Origin: a virus
Lineage: Duplodnaviria; Caudoviricetes
IMG/VR virus record: IMGVR_UViG_3300032218_002851
Coordinates: 1 to 64,000 of that record
Length of the DNA stretch: 64,000 bases
Reading direction: 5' to 3' (one strand)
Part shown: positions 33,912-43,479 of the stretch, one piece after another
How the letters are laid out: the number at the start of each line of letters is the position of its first letter
Numbering within the stretch: the first letter of the stretch is position 1
The notes under the pieces: generated by a model
The model's database searches: none
What the model saw: the letters and a program-made list of their open reading frames with translations, nothing else
What the model was told of the DNA's origin: nothing
Translations under genes and position numbers: made by a program

Positions 33912-33940
33912 ATATTAACAGATGAATGGTTGTTTGTCAA
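33912..33940 (-). promoter_or_regulatory. sigma70-type early promoter
   Basis: aacggTTGACA-17-TAATAT. Confidence 0.75.
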
Positions 33941-33945
33941 CCGTT

Positions 33946-34146
33946 TTAGAAAGTTCCTGAGCGAACCTTTTGATTGTACTGACTCATGAATGCGCAGATA
34001 AAATCTTCAACAGCCGCGTAGTCCAACTTGTCAGTGGGCTTCAGGCAGTGCCAGAAACGATATGTCGCAGTAGGAAAGTCTGACCGGCGAACGTCGATGA
34101 TATCAGTAACGCCACGCAGCTGGTCATAGCTAAAATCGTAGGACAT
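33946..34146 (-). CDS. Small hypothetical protein
   Basis: Follows promoter 34180-34208. Confidence 0.55.
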   Translation of the reverse strand: MSYDFSYDQLRGVTDIIDVRRSDFPTATYRFWHCLKPTDKLDYAAVEDFICAFMSQYNQKVRSGTF

Positions 34147-34179
34147 GATTTGCGCTCCGTCGTTATTCAGTATGTGTGT

Positions 34180-34208
34180 ATATTACACGACCGAGCCAAA
34201 TCTGTCAA
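34180..34208 (-). promoter_or_regulatory. sigma70-type early promoter
   Basis: TTGACA-17-TAATAT. Confidence 0.75.
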
Positions 34209-34239
34209 CCGGCGGAAAGCAAAAAGTTTTGAAGCATTT

Positions 34240-34357
34240 GCAGCATCAATGTGCTGCTTGGTAAGCTGCCTTTCAAGTATTTTTCGCTAAGTGTTTGATA
34301 TTGTTAGAAAAAGTGTCAGGACTGAGCCTGACACTTTTGTGTCTAAGTTGTTGATTT
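34240..34357. repeat. Fixed-spacing intergenic element, copy 3 of 3
   Basis: GCAGCATCAATGTGCTGC (ATCAATG at 34245), CAGGACTGA (34317, +72), TAAGTTGTTGATTT (34344, +99). Confidence 0.85.
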
Positions 34358-34359
34358 CT

Positions 34360-34575
34360 CTAGAGTTTTTCGCCGCAATGTTGACAACGTTTAGTGTTTT
34401 CATCTTTAATTGCTAGAATCAAATGCTTGAGTTCTTTGCATTCCTCAAGCATTCTTTTCAGATGCTGTTTCTTTCTATCTTTTTTAGGTTTCTTAATTTC
34501 TTCTTTAATCAACCCTTTGATCTTTTGAAACTGAGATTCCCAAACAGGAAGATAAGTTGGCAGCAACTTTTTCAT
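34360..34575 (-). CDS. Small basic protein with C-terminal CxHC
   Basis: ORF track. Confidence 0.55.
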   Translation of the reverse strand: MKKLLPTYLPVWESQFQKIKGLIKEEIKKPKKDRKKQHLKRMLEECKELKHLILAIKDENTKRCQHCGEKL

Positions 34576-34576
34576 A

Positions 34577-35524
34577 TTACTTAACCCATTCTTGTGCTTT
34601 TTGAGCTACTTTAGCGGGTAATGGAACATATCCATCTTTGACTACAATTTCTTGTCCAGTCTTTGATAGCACCATCTTCATAAATTCCTTTTCAAGAGGA
34701 GCAAGAGATTCATTAGGATGCTTGTTCACATAAACATACAAGTATCGAGCTAAAGGATACTTACCGGAAATAGCATTTTCTGGTGTTGGTTCAATAGCCT
34801 CTCCACCGTCTTTACGAGAAAGAGGAAGAGCTTTAACGCTTGCAGTCTTATAACCAATACCAGAGTACCCAATACCGTTCAATGATTTAGTAACACCTTG
34901 TACCACAGAAGCAGATCCGGGCTGCTCATTTACGTTACTCTTATAGTCGCCTTTACAAAGAGCAAACTCTTTAAAGTAACCGTATGTGCCTGATACTGAA
35001 TTACGACCAAACATCTGAATGCGCTGATTGCCAAGATCACCAGTTACTCCTAGACCGCTCCACTGGCTAATGTCGTTATCGTGACCGCAAGCTCTTGTTG
35101 CAGAATAGATTGCATCAACTTGTGGGATAGAGATAGATGTGATCGGATTATCCTTATGAACAAAGACGGCTAGAGCATCAATTGCTACTGGAATAGCCGT
35201 TGGCTTATATCCATACTTGCCTTCAAATGCCTCTACTTCTTCCGACTTCATCATACGACTCATCGGACCTAGTGTTGCCGTGCCTTCAGTTAGAGCAGGA
35301 GGAGCCGTAGCTGAACCTGCTGCTTGAATCTGTACTGTGACATTAGGATAGAGACGTTTAAATTCTTCTGCCCAAAGTGACATAAGATTTGCAAGAGTAT
35401 CAGACCCAACTGATGATAGCGTACCCGATACACCTTCTACTTTTTCGTAGGGAACAATCTCCGCATCGATTGCTGATGCGGAGAAAGAGATTGTGGCAAG
35501 AATACTAAGTAATAGTTTTTTCAT
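34577..35524 (-). CDS. pstS: Phosphate ABC transporter substrate-binding protein
   Basis: Signal peptide; [46 protein letters not shown] and YPLARYLY. Confidence 0.95.
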   Translation of the reverse strand: MKKLLLSILATISFSASAIDAEIVPYEKVEGVSGTLSSVGSDTLANLMSLWAEEFKRLYPNVTVQIQAAGSATAPPALTEGTATLGPMSRMMKSEEVEAFEGKYGYKPTAIPVAIDALAVFVHKDNPITSISIPQVDAIYSATRACGHDNDISQWSGLGVTGDLGNQRIQMFGRNSVSGTYGYFKEFALCKGDYKSNVNEQPGSASVVQGVTKSLNGIGYSGIGYKTASVKALPLSRKDGGEAIEPTPENAISGKYPLARYLYVYVNKHPNESLAPLEKEFMKMVLSKTGQEIVVKDGYVPLPAKVAQKAQEWVK

Positions 35525-35533
35525 AAATGCTCC

Positions 35534-36940
35534 TTACCAGAATACTGCCATACGAGTAACGATTGCTGATGGTTCAGAACCAGCATACTTACCACCTTCT
35601 ACATCAAGAACCTTGACATAGTTAGTCTGGAAGCGAACGTTCTGTACTGGAAACCAATTAACGCCAACTGATAGATTCTTTTCACGACCACCAGTGATTA
35701 AATCGCTATTCAAGTCTGTATCCGAGAATCGACCAACAAGTTCCCAAGCACCCCATCCACCTTTACCAACAAGAGACTGTGGCTTGACTGAATCAAAGAT
35801 ACCTTCTTGAAACTTATATGGACGAGATTCACCAGTTAGGAACCAGCCAGCAGAGACATAATAACCTTGGAAGTAAGGATTGCCAGCAGCAGTATTCACT
35901 TGCATACCAAGATATTCACTTTGTAGAGTAAATGGTCCCTGTACTACAACAAACTCACCGTTCCAGCGAAGTAGATGATCAGCACCAAATTTACCAGTAT
36001 CAATTAGGCGAGTAGATGTTTCATTGACTTCCATTCTTTCGCGAAGCTGAACGTTGTTACCATCCTTAAATCCACGATAAGAGACACCAGAACCTAGATG
36101 AAGTACATGACCACCATCATGCCAAGGTGCCCAAGTTACACGTCCAGTAGCAGCATAACCATCATTGAAGTCACGAGGATTGGTTTCATCTGCACCCTTA
36201 TCGGAAATGGTTTCTTGCTGGCGAGTACCAAAGATACCCCCGCTATAGGTAAAGTGATCTGTCCAAGTAGTTAGCTTGATACCGGGATTACGTTCACCAA
36301 CATAGTTAGCAAGAGCATTGACTGGCATTGCACGTTCTACAAATAGACCATTGTTTGAGCTATTGATTAGATCAAAGCTAAATGGTTCGTGTGACTGACC
36401 AATCTTGACACTTGTAGGATGTGCTACTGCATCAATACCGGGAAGCTTACCAACATATTCAACATAGGCATCCTTTAGACCTTCAATGCCTTTGTCTGAT
36501 TCACGGAAATCGTATTCAGCTTTGAACTTCCAATTAGTATTCAGTGTACCAGCAACACCAAGTCTTAGACGACGAAACTGACCTGCATCTGCCTGATTGA
36601 ATCCACCGTCTTTATCAAAGAAGGCAGTATCATAATGAATACGACCAATTGTGCGCCAAGCAAAATCTCCGGGCTTGTCTTTTAGTTCAAACTTACCGGG
36701 AGTAAGACCGGGAGTACCTAGCTGAGCAAGAGACTGTTCGACCTTTTTACCAACTTCTGCGCCAGCAGCATTGTTAGTTTCTTCATCAGCTTGAGCGGCA
36801 GACTTAAGTTCCTCATACGATTTGGCGTCAAGGGTTCCTCTAGTCTTTAGAGTATCCAGTAGCTGGATCATCGCATCGTTTGCAGCAAATGCTGGCGCGC
36901 TTAATAGGCACGACAGTAATACTATTGTGGATTTTCTCAT
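35534..36940 (-). CDS. oprP: Phosphate-selective porin OprO/OprP family
   Basis: Signal peptide; GRIHYD, RRLRLG..G, FVERA, WFLTGESR.Y, WELVGRFS.DL and GVNW; C-terminal aromatic W. Confidence 0.9.
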   Translation of the reverse strand: MRKSTIVLLSCLLSAPAFAANDAMIQLLDTLKTRGTLDAKSYEELKSAAQADEETNNAAGAEVGKKVEQSLAQLGTPGLTPGKFELKDKPGDFAWRTIGRIHYDTAFFDKDGGFNQADAGQFRRLRLGVAGTLNTNWKFKAEYDFRESDKGIEGLKDAYVEYVGKLPGIDAVAHPTSVKIGQSHEPFSFDLINSSNNGLFVERAMPVNALANYVGERNPGIKLTTWTDHFTYSGGIFGTRQQETISDKGADETNPRDFNDGYAATGRVTWAPWHDGGHVLHLGSGVSYRGFKDGNNVQLRERMEVNETSTRLIDTGKFGADHLLRWNGEFVVVQGPFTLQSEYLGMQVNTAAGNPYFQGYYVSAGWFLTGESRPYKFQEGIFDSVKPQSLVGKGGWGAWELVGRFSDTDLNSDLITGGREKNLSVGVNWFPVQNVRFQTNYVKVLDVEGGKYAGSEPSAIVTRMAVFW

Positions 36941-36979
36941 AAATTCTCCTTAGTTTAATTTAGAATATATCGTGAATAT

Positions 36980-37019
36980 TTAATAATACTTGTACAGTGT
37001 TATTAAAATAGTGTGACAG
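36980..37019 (-). promoter_or_regulatory. Candidate Pho box upstream of oprP-pstS
   Basis: Minus strand CTGTCAC-ACTA-TTTTAAT-AACA-CTGTACA; half-sites on an 11/22-bp pitch, middle one degenerate. Confidence 0.45.
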
Positions 37020-37031
37020 CGGTCGCTTAGA

Positions 37032-37295
37032 TTAAAATTCTCTGCAAGGCACATAGACAGGCACAAAATTGCAGTCCTGTTTCCTATAACGTCGTTTTTG
37101 TTCTTCTTTAGCGTATACGCTGATGAATAGATCGCCGTATGCATACGGCGATCCGTCATTGTGAGACGGCCCAATAATGAACCACCCCACATGTTTCATA
37201 TTTCTGTTATGATCCTCTAGATCGATATGTTTCGCGTAGCTCTCGTTGCTTACGCTCCTCAATTCTCCGTTGTTCTCTCTTAGCACATTTCTCAC
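37032..37295 (-). CDS. Hypothetical protein
   Basis: ORF track. Confidence 0.45.
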   Translation of the reverse strand: MRNVLRENNGELRSVSNESYAKHIDLEDHNRNMKHVGWFIIGPSHNDGSPYAYGDLFISVYAKEEQKRRYRKQDCNFVPVYVPCREF

Positions 37296-37547
37296 AGTGT
37301 TTATCCTTGGATATCAAATGATCACATAGTCTATTTTTCATCACTGCCTCCTTTGCTGTTCAGCTACTGTTCAGCAAGTATTTATATTAGAGGCTCTGGT
37401 GATGGTAAACTACTAGAACGTATATTTATGTATCATTTCCAGTTGTTTCTCTGTTAATCTTTGGTAATACTCAGTAAGTTGTTGTCTAATCATACTGCGT
37501 ATTTGTTCTTTGCTCAGAGAAAATCATCTCTTGTCTAGTTTGAGACA

Positions 37548-38750
37548 TTACTTGATAGCCTTTAGTAACACGCAGTCTGCACCAATCCGACCATTGAACT
37601 TTTGCGATTTGGTCTTGATGCTGTCCATGAGCTTCTTCAATGTATTTTTATTACCGTCCAGCACCTGTTTGATAACAGCCTCAGGCTTGCGTACCTTTTT
37701 CTTGATGCTGCTGATTTCATCATAGTGGAGGATACTAGAACCCTTGATTGCCAACGTGGCAACGCCCAGATTGCCTGTGATATGATAAATCTGATTGGTC
37801 TTGGTGTTAAACACCCAGAGCTGGGTTGCCCCGATGATAGTCTCAGGAGGAATGCTCTTTATCTTGAGTTTGGCATATTCCTTCATGTAGTTCAGCTTGC
37901 TGATTTGCTTTTCTACACTCACTGGCTTTTTAGCCCGCGGCTTGCGTACCTTGGCTGCCTTGGCATTGCCAACAAAACGGTCAATATCGTCCAACACCGC
38001 CTTCAGCATGCGCAGGATTTCACGCTTGCTGGACAGCGGCAGATACTCATATGCTTCGTTCAACTGTTCATCCTTGAATCCCATCATCTCCTCATGCTCA
38101 GCTAGACGGTCTTCCACCACCTTGCGGATATGCTTGCATACATGAGTTGAAGGCTGGTGCTTCTGCAGATAGTTATAGAAGCTATAGTCAATCTTTTTCT
38201 TTCGGTCTTGAAACCATGAAGAGATTTCATCGTCTACCGCAATGATATGCGGCTCAGCACCGGCTTTGATGCGGTCTTGAATATTGATAACTTCTGCCAT
38301 TGGTTTCAGCGCAACTTTTGCGCCATCGTTATCATCATCAAACACCTCATGACTATCATATACTTCACTCAGAAGCAACGATTCAAGTTCGGAAACAATA
38401 ACGTTTTCACATTCACCAGTGAACTTGGTACCAAGATCCTGCATGCGAATTAGCTTACCCAAGGTGTCTTTTTTAACACTGCTGAGTTTTTTGAAATGTC
38501 GAATATCTGCCTTGTTGTAATTATTTTTACCCATCCAATTGATGACCCATTTTTCATAGGTATCCGAATCAACGCTGGATATTGCATACCAATTCAAGGC
38601 ACTGGCAAGAACAGCATCAGAACGGCTGCTGATTTCTCCCCAAGAAAGACTTTCGTCACCCAGCTTGCCTGCTTCTCCGCGAATTTTTTCACGCTGTTGA
38701 CGAGTGACGCGGATTCGTACTGGGTTTGATGATTTGCGTTTAACTGCCAT
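37548..38750 (-). CDS. Conserved T4-like hypothetical protein
   Basis: ALNWY, DEQLNEAY and LWVFNTKT...GSSI..YDE..S..KK.RKPE pattern. Confidence 0.7.
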   Translation of the reverse strand: MAVKRKSSNPVRIRVTRQQREKIRGEAGKLGDESLSWGEISSRSDAVLASALNWYAISSVDSDTYEKWVINWMGKNNYNKADIRHFKKLSSVKKDTLGKLIRMQDLGTKFTGECENVIVSELESLLLSEVYDSHEVFDDDNDGAKVALKPMAEVINIQDRIKAGAEPHIIAVDDEISSWFQDRKKKIDYSFYNYLQKHQPSTHVCKHIRKVVEDRLAEHEEMMGFKDEQLNEAYEYLPLSSKREILRMLKAVLDDIDRFVGNAKAAKVRKPRAKKPVSVEKQISKLNYMKEYAKLKIKSIPPETIIGATQLWVFNTKTNQIYHITGNLGVATLAIKGSSILHYDEISSIKKKVRKPEAVIKQVLDGNKNTLKKLMDSIKTKSQKFNGRIGADCVLLKAIK

Positions 38751-38943
38751 GATTTATCTCCTGGACTGAAGAATAACGATTATTCGCCACGCTTGGGATG
38801 TTTGTCTTTTCGCACATATTTGGTGCGGTCGCGCTGAACCTTGTGACGGAACAGGTTTCCTGTGCAATACAGTTCGGTAGCTCTGATTCGTTGAGGCTTA
38901 CTTTTCATGTTTTTCACCAACTATTTAGTATAGCAGAAGTCTA

Positions 38944-39237
38944 TCAACGGCAATCAGCTGTGTCAAGCAGTTTATCCATGATCAGATTGCGCTCGATTAT
39001 TTGCCAAACTTTGGCATCACGCTCTCGTTGTTCCACCTCGATTCTGGAACGCAAAAATTCCAAGGCGTGTTCACCGATTTTATCCAAGTTGGATGCTATT
39101 AGACGATATGCTTGGTCCATATCCATTTCAACGCTTTGCATCATATGCCTGATCCGATTCCATGTCGCAGTGATCACAATGGCCATGTTTGGCGCCGTGC
39201 TTGCAGGGCTTGTGCCCACACGGCTTACACAAGGCAT
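38944..39237 (-). CDS. Hypothetical protein (start uncertain)
   Basis: ORF track; overlaps 39128..39322. Confidence 0.35.
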   Translation of the reverse strand: MPCVSRVGTSPASTAPNMAIVITATWNRIRHMMQSVEMDMDQAYRLIASNLDKIGEHALEFLRSRIEVEQRERDAKVWQIIERNLIMDKLLDTADCR

Positions 39238-39322
39238 ATGCCCACGTGTTAGCCCATAATGCTTGTCCGCAGGACTGACAATAGTGCGTTGGGGCAGTGG
39301 GCTTGAATGCCATGATAATCAA
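39128..39322 (-). CDS. Small Cys/His-rich Zn-binding protein
   Basis: CQSCG, CKPCG, CKHG and CDHCD. Confidence 0.5.
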   Translation of the reverse strand: MIIMAFKPTAPTHYCQSCGQALWANTWAYALCKPCGHKPCKHGAKHGHCDHCDMESDQAYDAKR

Positions 39323-39696
39323 CCTCTTCTCATTTTAGCAACTTCTTCTGCTTCAGCCTGGCTAAAAACAGGTTGCAAACAGCTTTTATGCAGAACTGCA
39401 ATGCCGATCAACCGATCACCAGTGTAAAACAATGTTTCTTTTTTGGTGCAGGTATTCATGGTCATTTCGTGACTGGGAATCTTTGGTTTTTCCTCTCTAA
39501 ATGAGCGAGGCGGCACATATGTGGCTACATTTTTTGTAGATTTTACTTTTTTCGTGTCTTGAATACCGTTTTCTTTCTTGTATTCTTCATAGTCACGAAA
39601 ACGCTGAGCTTCAGCAGCAGAACGAAACTTTCGCTTGCGTCTGAATTTTTGCTTGCCAGTAGTAGTTAAAGCTGGATGTGTCAGATGAAAAGTCAT
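39319..39696 (-). CDS. Conserved T4-like basic protein
   Basis: YTGDRLIGIAVLHKSCLQPVFS..EA..VAKMRR; start adjusted to MTFHL. Confidence 0.7.
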   Translation of the reverse strand: MTFHLTHPALTTTGKQKFRRKRKFRSAAEAQRFRDYEEYKKENGIQDTKKVKSTKNVATYVPPRSFREEKPKIPSHEMTMNTCTKKETLFYTGDRLIGIAVLHKSCLQPVFSQAEAEEVAKMRRG

Positions 39697-39764
39697 AAAA
39701 TTCTCTGAACTATCTGTTGTGATGTGTGCAGTATATGCTACTGCACACAAGGTTGCCAATTGAT

Positions 39765-40274
39765 TTATACGGCGTCTTCTTGTGTGTCTTCTTCCCACAT
39801 TGCTTGAGAATTGACAATATCAAACTCTTGGTCGATGCATTCGGGCAGCATTTGGGCTGCGCTACCACTATCGCCCCACTCTTCATAATGCTGATCACTG
39901 CCATTGTGCCAAAGGCCAGCGAACTGCATGCCGGGCTCGTAGTAAAATGCACGAATATCAAATCCTTCGTGATTCACGAGATAATCATAAAACCCAATTG
40001 GCGGCGCCCAGGCACTGTCAAACTTCAATGCAAGCCGCTGTTGTTCTTGATCAAGCCAATCTGCCCAATCGCTGCCGTCATTGCCACCAACATCCCACTT
40101 GGTGCCCCAATGATCAATACACCAACTAAACCAACCTTCACCGTCATACAGTTCCGACGGGCAAGGCAAGAACTCTTGCATCATACGCCCTGCACGAAAA
40201 GCCGTGATCAGCCGATCAAGTTTCTCGCGGTCAACATGCGTGATATAAACACTGTTTGAACACCAATTTGGCAT
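39765..40274 (-). CDS. MPNWC-family phage protein
   Basis: MPNWCSN...WCIDHWGTKWDV...FDSAWAPP...YEPGMQFAG. Confidence 0.75.
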   Translation of the reverse strand: MPNWCSNSVYITHVDREKLDRLITAFRAGRMMQEFLPCPSELYDGEGWFSWCIDHWGTKWDVGGNDGSDWADWLDQEQQRLALKFDSAWAPPIGFYDYLVNHEGFDIRAFYYEPGMQFAGLWHNGSDQHYEEWGDSGSAAQMLPECIDQEFDIVNSQAMWEEDTQEDAV

Positions 40275-40311
40275 TGCGGATTCCTCTGTGCTGTTGTTTA
40301 AGTATGCGTGC

Positions 40312-40341
40312 AGTATAAGCTACTGCACGCAGTGCTGTCAA
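40312..40341 (-). promoter_or_regulatory. sigma70-type early promoter
   Basis: TTGACA-18-TATACT. Confidence 0.7.
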
Positions 40342-40449
40342 GTCATCACCGAATTTTCTCCTTATCGGTTTCCGAAGACGTAGACCGCACAGTACACGGC
40401 TATCGCAACCCCAATCATCAGTTCAGACACGTATTCCATGTTGTTCTCC

Positions 40450-40665
40450 TTAGATTTCGACAGAGATGTGACCGGCGAAGCTGAACTTCCGAGTACCGGG
40501 GATGTAGGCTAAGATATCGGTTTCGATATCGCCGTACTCGTCTTCCACACCGATGATAGTAATTACATTCCACTGTTTGAATTCAGTGTCGAAGACGATG
40601 CGGTCGGCTTCAGGAAAGCGGCGCAGCAGGATGGCTTTTTGTTCTTCGCGAGTCAGGTTAGTCAT
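40450..40665 (-). CDS. Small early protein
   Basis: Directly after promoter 40698-40726. Confidence 0.55.
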   Translation of the reverse strand: MTNLTREEQKAILLRRFPEADRIVFDTEFKQWNVITIIGVEDEYGDIETDILAYIPGTRKFSFAGHISVEI

Positions 40666-40697
40666 GATGTTTTCCTATTTTTCTGTTCAATATAAGG

Positions 40698-40726
40698 ATA
40701 TTACACAACGACGAACCGTTTGTCAA
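40698..40726 (-). promoter_or_regulatory. sigma70-type early promoter
   Basis: aacggTTGACAaacggtt...-17-TAATAT. Confidence 0.8.
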
Positions 40727-40783
40727 CCGTTTTTGAGAGATTTTGCAGGATTTTTTTCTCCTGCAAAATCAACAACTTACGCT

Positions 40784-41065
40784 TTACTTGCGCATAGCCT
40801 TTTCAAACATCGAATCTAGACGACTCTTTTGTTCAGCGCAGCAACCCTGAGCAGCATCGCCAGCAGCCTGGGCAGACGTAGCAGACTCCAGTGCCCTTCG
40901 GGCTAGCTTGTCAGTTTCGTTAACCTTGCTTGTTACTACGTCTAACTTGCCACCTAGCAATTCTACCTTGCTGCTAAGGACAGTAACGTCCTTTTGAGTA
41001 GCATAGCTACAACCACTGAGCGTAATAACACCTGTCAACACAGCGATACTAAACATCTTATTCAT
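40784..41065 (-). CDS. Lpp/OprI-like alanine-zipper outer-membrane lipoprotein
   Basis: Lipobox LSGC; Ala-rich heptads; ends CC..Q..RLD.MFEKAMRK. Confidence 0.8.
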   Translation of the reverse strand: MNKMFSIAVLTGVITLSGCSYATQKDVTVLSSKVELLGGKLDVVTSKVNETDKLARRALESATSAQAAGDAAQGCCAEQKSRLDSMFEKAMRK

Positions 41066-41120
41066 AAATTTTCTCCTTTAAATGATGAGCTTGTTATCTT
41101 AGCTTGTTTTGAACTGATGT

Positions 41121-41327
41121 TCAAATATTTTGGTCATCATAAGAGTCAAAAAGAACGCTTGGATCTTGTAGCCCGATCAATGATCCGCCTGGACCTTTGC
41201 GAAGAATACCTTTTTCTAGCCCGTGTTGTTTGATATTTTTCCATTCTTCTTCTAGAAGGTTGGTGAAATCTTCTTCGGAACCTAAAAATTCTTCAGGCCA
41301 TGGTTTGTTCTTTATTTTATTTTTCAT
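41121..41327 (-). CDS. Small hypothetical protein
   Basis: ORF track. Confidence 0.45.
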   Translation of the reverse strand: MKNKIKNKPWPEEFLGSEEDFTNLLEEEWKNIKQHGLEKGILRKGPGGSLIGLQDPSVLFDSYDDQNI

Positions 41328-42324
41328 TTGCTACACACTCCGCGTGTTCAATAAATTGTCGCGCTGAATACCGCCAAGTCCAGCGTTCAGCAGTATACCT
41401 AACTCGTCGTCTATCTATATTAGCGCATTGGTCTAAGGCTGTTTGCAAGTCCGTGTTTATCCATCCGTTTATTCCGTTTTCAATTACTTCCAGCGGCCCT
41501 GGTTCTGGATATGCAGCTACTGGAGTGCCAGAAGCAATGGCTTCTAGCAGCACAATCCCAAACGTATCAGATTTACTGGGAAACACAAATGCATCAGCAT
41601 TGGCATACCATTTAGCCAATGCTGCACCTTCTTGATGACCCGGGAAAATAACATCTGGATATTTTCGCTTTAACGAAGCGAGATATGGGCCATCACCTAC
41701 CAAAACTTTTTGGGAATGATTCAATCGACAAAAATCATCCAAGCCTTTTTCCTTGCTAGCCCTACTCACGCACAAAATATAGCCACCAGTTGTTTGGTCT
41801 CTTTTATCCAAGGAAAATAACTTTCCATCCACACCTCTAGTCCATATAGAAGTGTTGTACATTCCGTGCTGGTGCAAACACTGTGCTAAACCTACAGTAG
41901 GACAAAGAATCGCTTGGCTATTTCGATGAAACCAACGAAAGTAAGGATATGTCAAGTGTGTCGGTATTCCCCAACGACGCTTAATAAGATCAGGAAACAG
42001 TGTATGAAAACCTGTGGTAAAAGGTATGGTGTTGCGCTTACAAAATCGCCGAGTCATGAGTCCGATAGGACCTTCGGTAGCTATGTGTATGTTCGTGTCG
42101 CTATCAACCCTTGATGAAAGTTCATTGGTTACTGCGGATAAATTACAAACATATTCGATTTCAGGATATGCTTTTAATATTCTACGTTTGAAAGCCGGCA
42201 GATACGGATGAATCACATCACAAGTCACACCTAACTCTGAAAAATAAGGCAAAATATTTTGATATGAGCGAATCACGCCATTTACTTGGGGAATCCAGGC
42301 ATCAGTAGCTATCAATATTTTCAT
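41317..42324 (-). CDS. agt: GT4 glycosyltransferase, Agt-like (glycolipid synthase)
   Basis: MKILIATDAWIPQVNGV, HIATEGPIG, WTRGVD and FPSKSDTFGIVLLEA.ASGTPVAAYP. Confidence 0.8.
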   Translation of the reverse strand: MKILIATDAWIPQVNGVIRSYQNILPYFSELGVTCDVIHPYLPAFKRRILKAYPEIEYVCNLSAVTNELSSRVDSDTNIHIATEGPIGLMTRRFCKRNTIPFTTGFHTLFPDLIKRRWGIPTHLTYPYFRWFHRNSQAILCPTVGLAQCLHQHGMYNTSIWTRGVDGKLFSLDKRDQTTGGYILCVSRASKEKGLDDFCRLNHSQKVLVGDGPYLASLKRKYPDVIFPGHQEGAALAKWYANADAFVFPSKSDTFGIVLLEAIASGTPVAAYPEPGPLEVIENGINGWINTDLQTALDQCANIDRRRVRYTAERWTWRYSARQFIEHAECVANEK

Positions 42325-43070
42325 GAACTCATGCTACTCCATTCGATAATACGCCAGTTGCCATTAAAATCTTCAACCAGTGCTGTGCAACTTTCCACAA
42401 AATCGCCGTCGTTCATGTATTCAACGCCATCAATCTGTTTGATTTCTGCATGGTGAATGTGTCCACAAATAATACCGTCATAACCTTTGCGACGACAATA
42501 CTCAGCCATGTTTTTCTCATAGCTTACAATATGACCTACTGCAGTTTTTACAGCCAACTTCAAATACTTGCTTAGACTCCAATAGCCAAATCCAAATTTG
42601 CGACGAATCCAGTTGAACTGCGTGTTTAGTCCTAAAATCATTTCATAAAGGTAATCTCCTAAGTAACTAATCCAACGATGATAATTCAAGATGCCATCAA
42701 ACATGTCGCCATGAATCAACAAATATCGTCGGCCATTAAGGGCAGTATATTCATAACGATTGTGGATCTTGATCAATCCAAAACTTAAGTCTAGTCCTAG
42801 AGTGGCTCGTAAAAATTCATCATGATTTCCTACGATATAATGAACTTTGGTTCCTTTTTTAGCGTGACTTAGAATCTTGCGAACTACATTGGTATGAGTT
42901 TGATCCCATCGCCATTTCTTCTGCTGTATCTTCCATCCGTCGATGATATCTCCGATCAAGAATAGATTTTCTGCTTGATTGTGTTTGAGAAAATCTAAAA
43001 GCAATAAGGACTTGCAATCCTTACTGCCTAAGTGCAGATCGCTGATACAAATAGTCTTATATCTGTTCAT
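42321..43070 (-). CDS. plcP: PlcP-like phospholipase C (LpxH-like metallophosphoesterase)
   Basis: ISDLHLG, GDIIDGW, GNHDE, IHGD.FD, GFGYWSLSKYLK, CGHIHH and YMNDGD.VESCTALVE; coupled to GT4 gene. Confidence 0.8.
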   Translation of the reverse strand: MNRYKTICISDLHLGSKDCKSLLLLDFLKHNQAENLFLIGDIIDGWKIQQKKWRWDQTHTNVVRKILSHAKKGTKVHYIVGNHDEFLRATLGLDLSFGLIKIHNRYEYTALNGRRYLLIHGDMFDGILNYHRWISYLGDYLYEMILGLNTQFNWIRRKFGFGYWSLSKYLKLAVKTAVGHIVSYEKNMAEYCRRKGYDGIICGHIHHAEIKQIDGVEYMNDGDFVESCTALVEDFNGNWRIIEWSSMSS

Positions 43071-43094
43071 GATATTATTGACGAACTCTATAAG

Positions 43095-43331
43095 TCATTC
43101 TGTATCTTCCTCTATTACAACGTAGTGTTTGCCAATATGAATAAAACCAGCATAGGTTACTGCATTTTTTAGTGCCTGTGCTTCTCCACAAGCCTCAGCT
43201 ATGCTAAGAAAAATCATAATCAGCACACCTAATGCTAAGCCAAGTAACACACTGTGCTTATCAAATTTAAACATTTCTCTGTCTGCTTTAGCTAATATTG
43301 TTATGTTCAGTGTTGCTATTTGATTCTTCAC
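43095..43331 (-). CDS. Small membrane protein
   Basis: Central TM helix. Confidence 0.45.
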   Translation of the reverse strand: MKNQIATLNITILAKADREMFKFDKHSVLLGLALGVLIMIFLSIAEACGEAQALKNAVTYAGFIHIGKHYVVIEEDTE

Positions 43332-43479
43332 TTTCGTCTACAAGATCAAATACCCAATTGATCGGAATATTTAAATTTTTCGCAATATCGCGAATTTTAA
43401 CACCAGCTTGATATGCGCACACAACTTCGATATATAAATCAGACATATTGCTCATAGTTTTGATTCTCGTTAGGTTCAA
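43288..43479 (-). CDS. Small HTH-like protein
   Basis: GVKIRDIAKNLNIPINWV. Confidence 0.5.
   Translation of the reverse strand: MNLTRIKTMSNMSDLYIEVVCAYQAGVKIRDIAKNLNIPINWVFDLVDESEESNSNTEHNNIS

Noticed and set aside
36980-37192. Alternative minus-strand 70-aa ORF
   Set aside because: Overlaps 37032..37295 in another frame and covers the oprP promoter region.
19351-43070. Host-genome contamination as source of metabolic genes
   Set aside because: AMGs are interleaved with phage ORFs, share phage TAAATA promoters and AT-rich codon style; cannot be fully excluded without read mapping.
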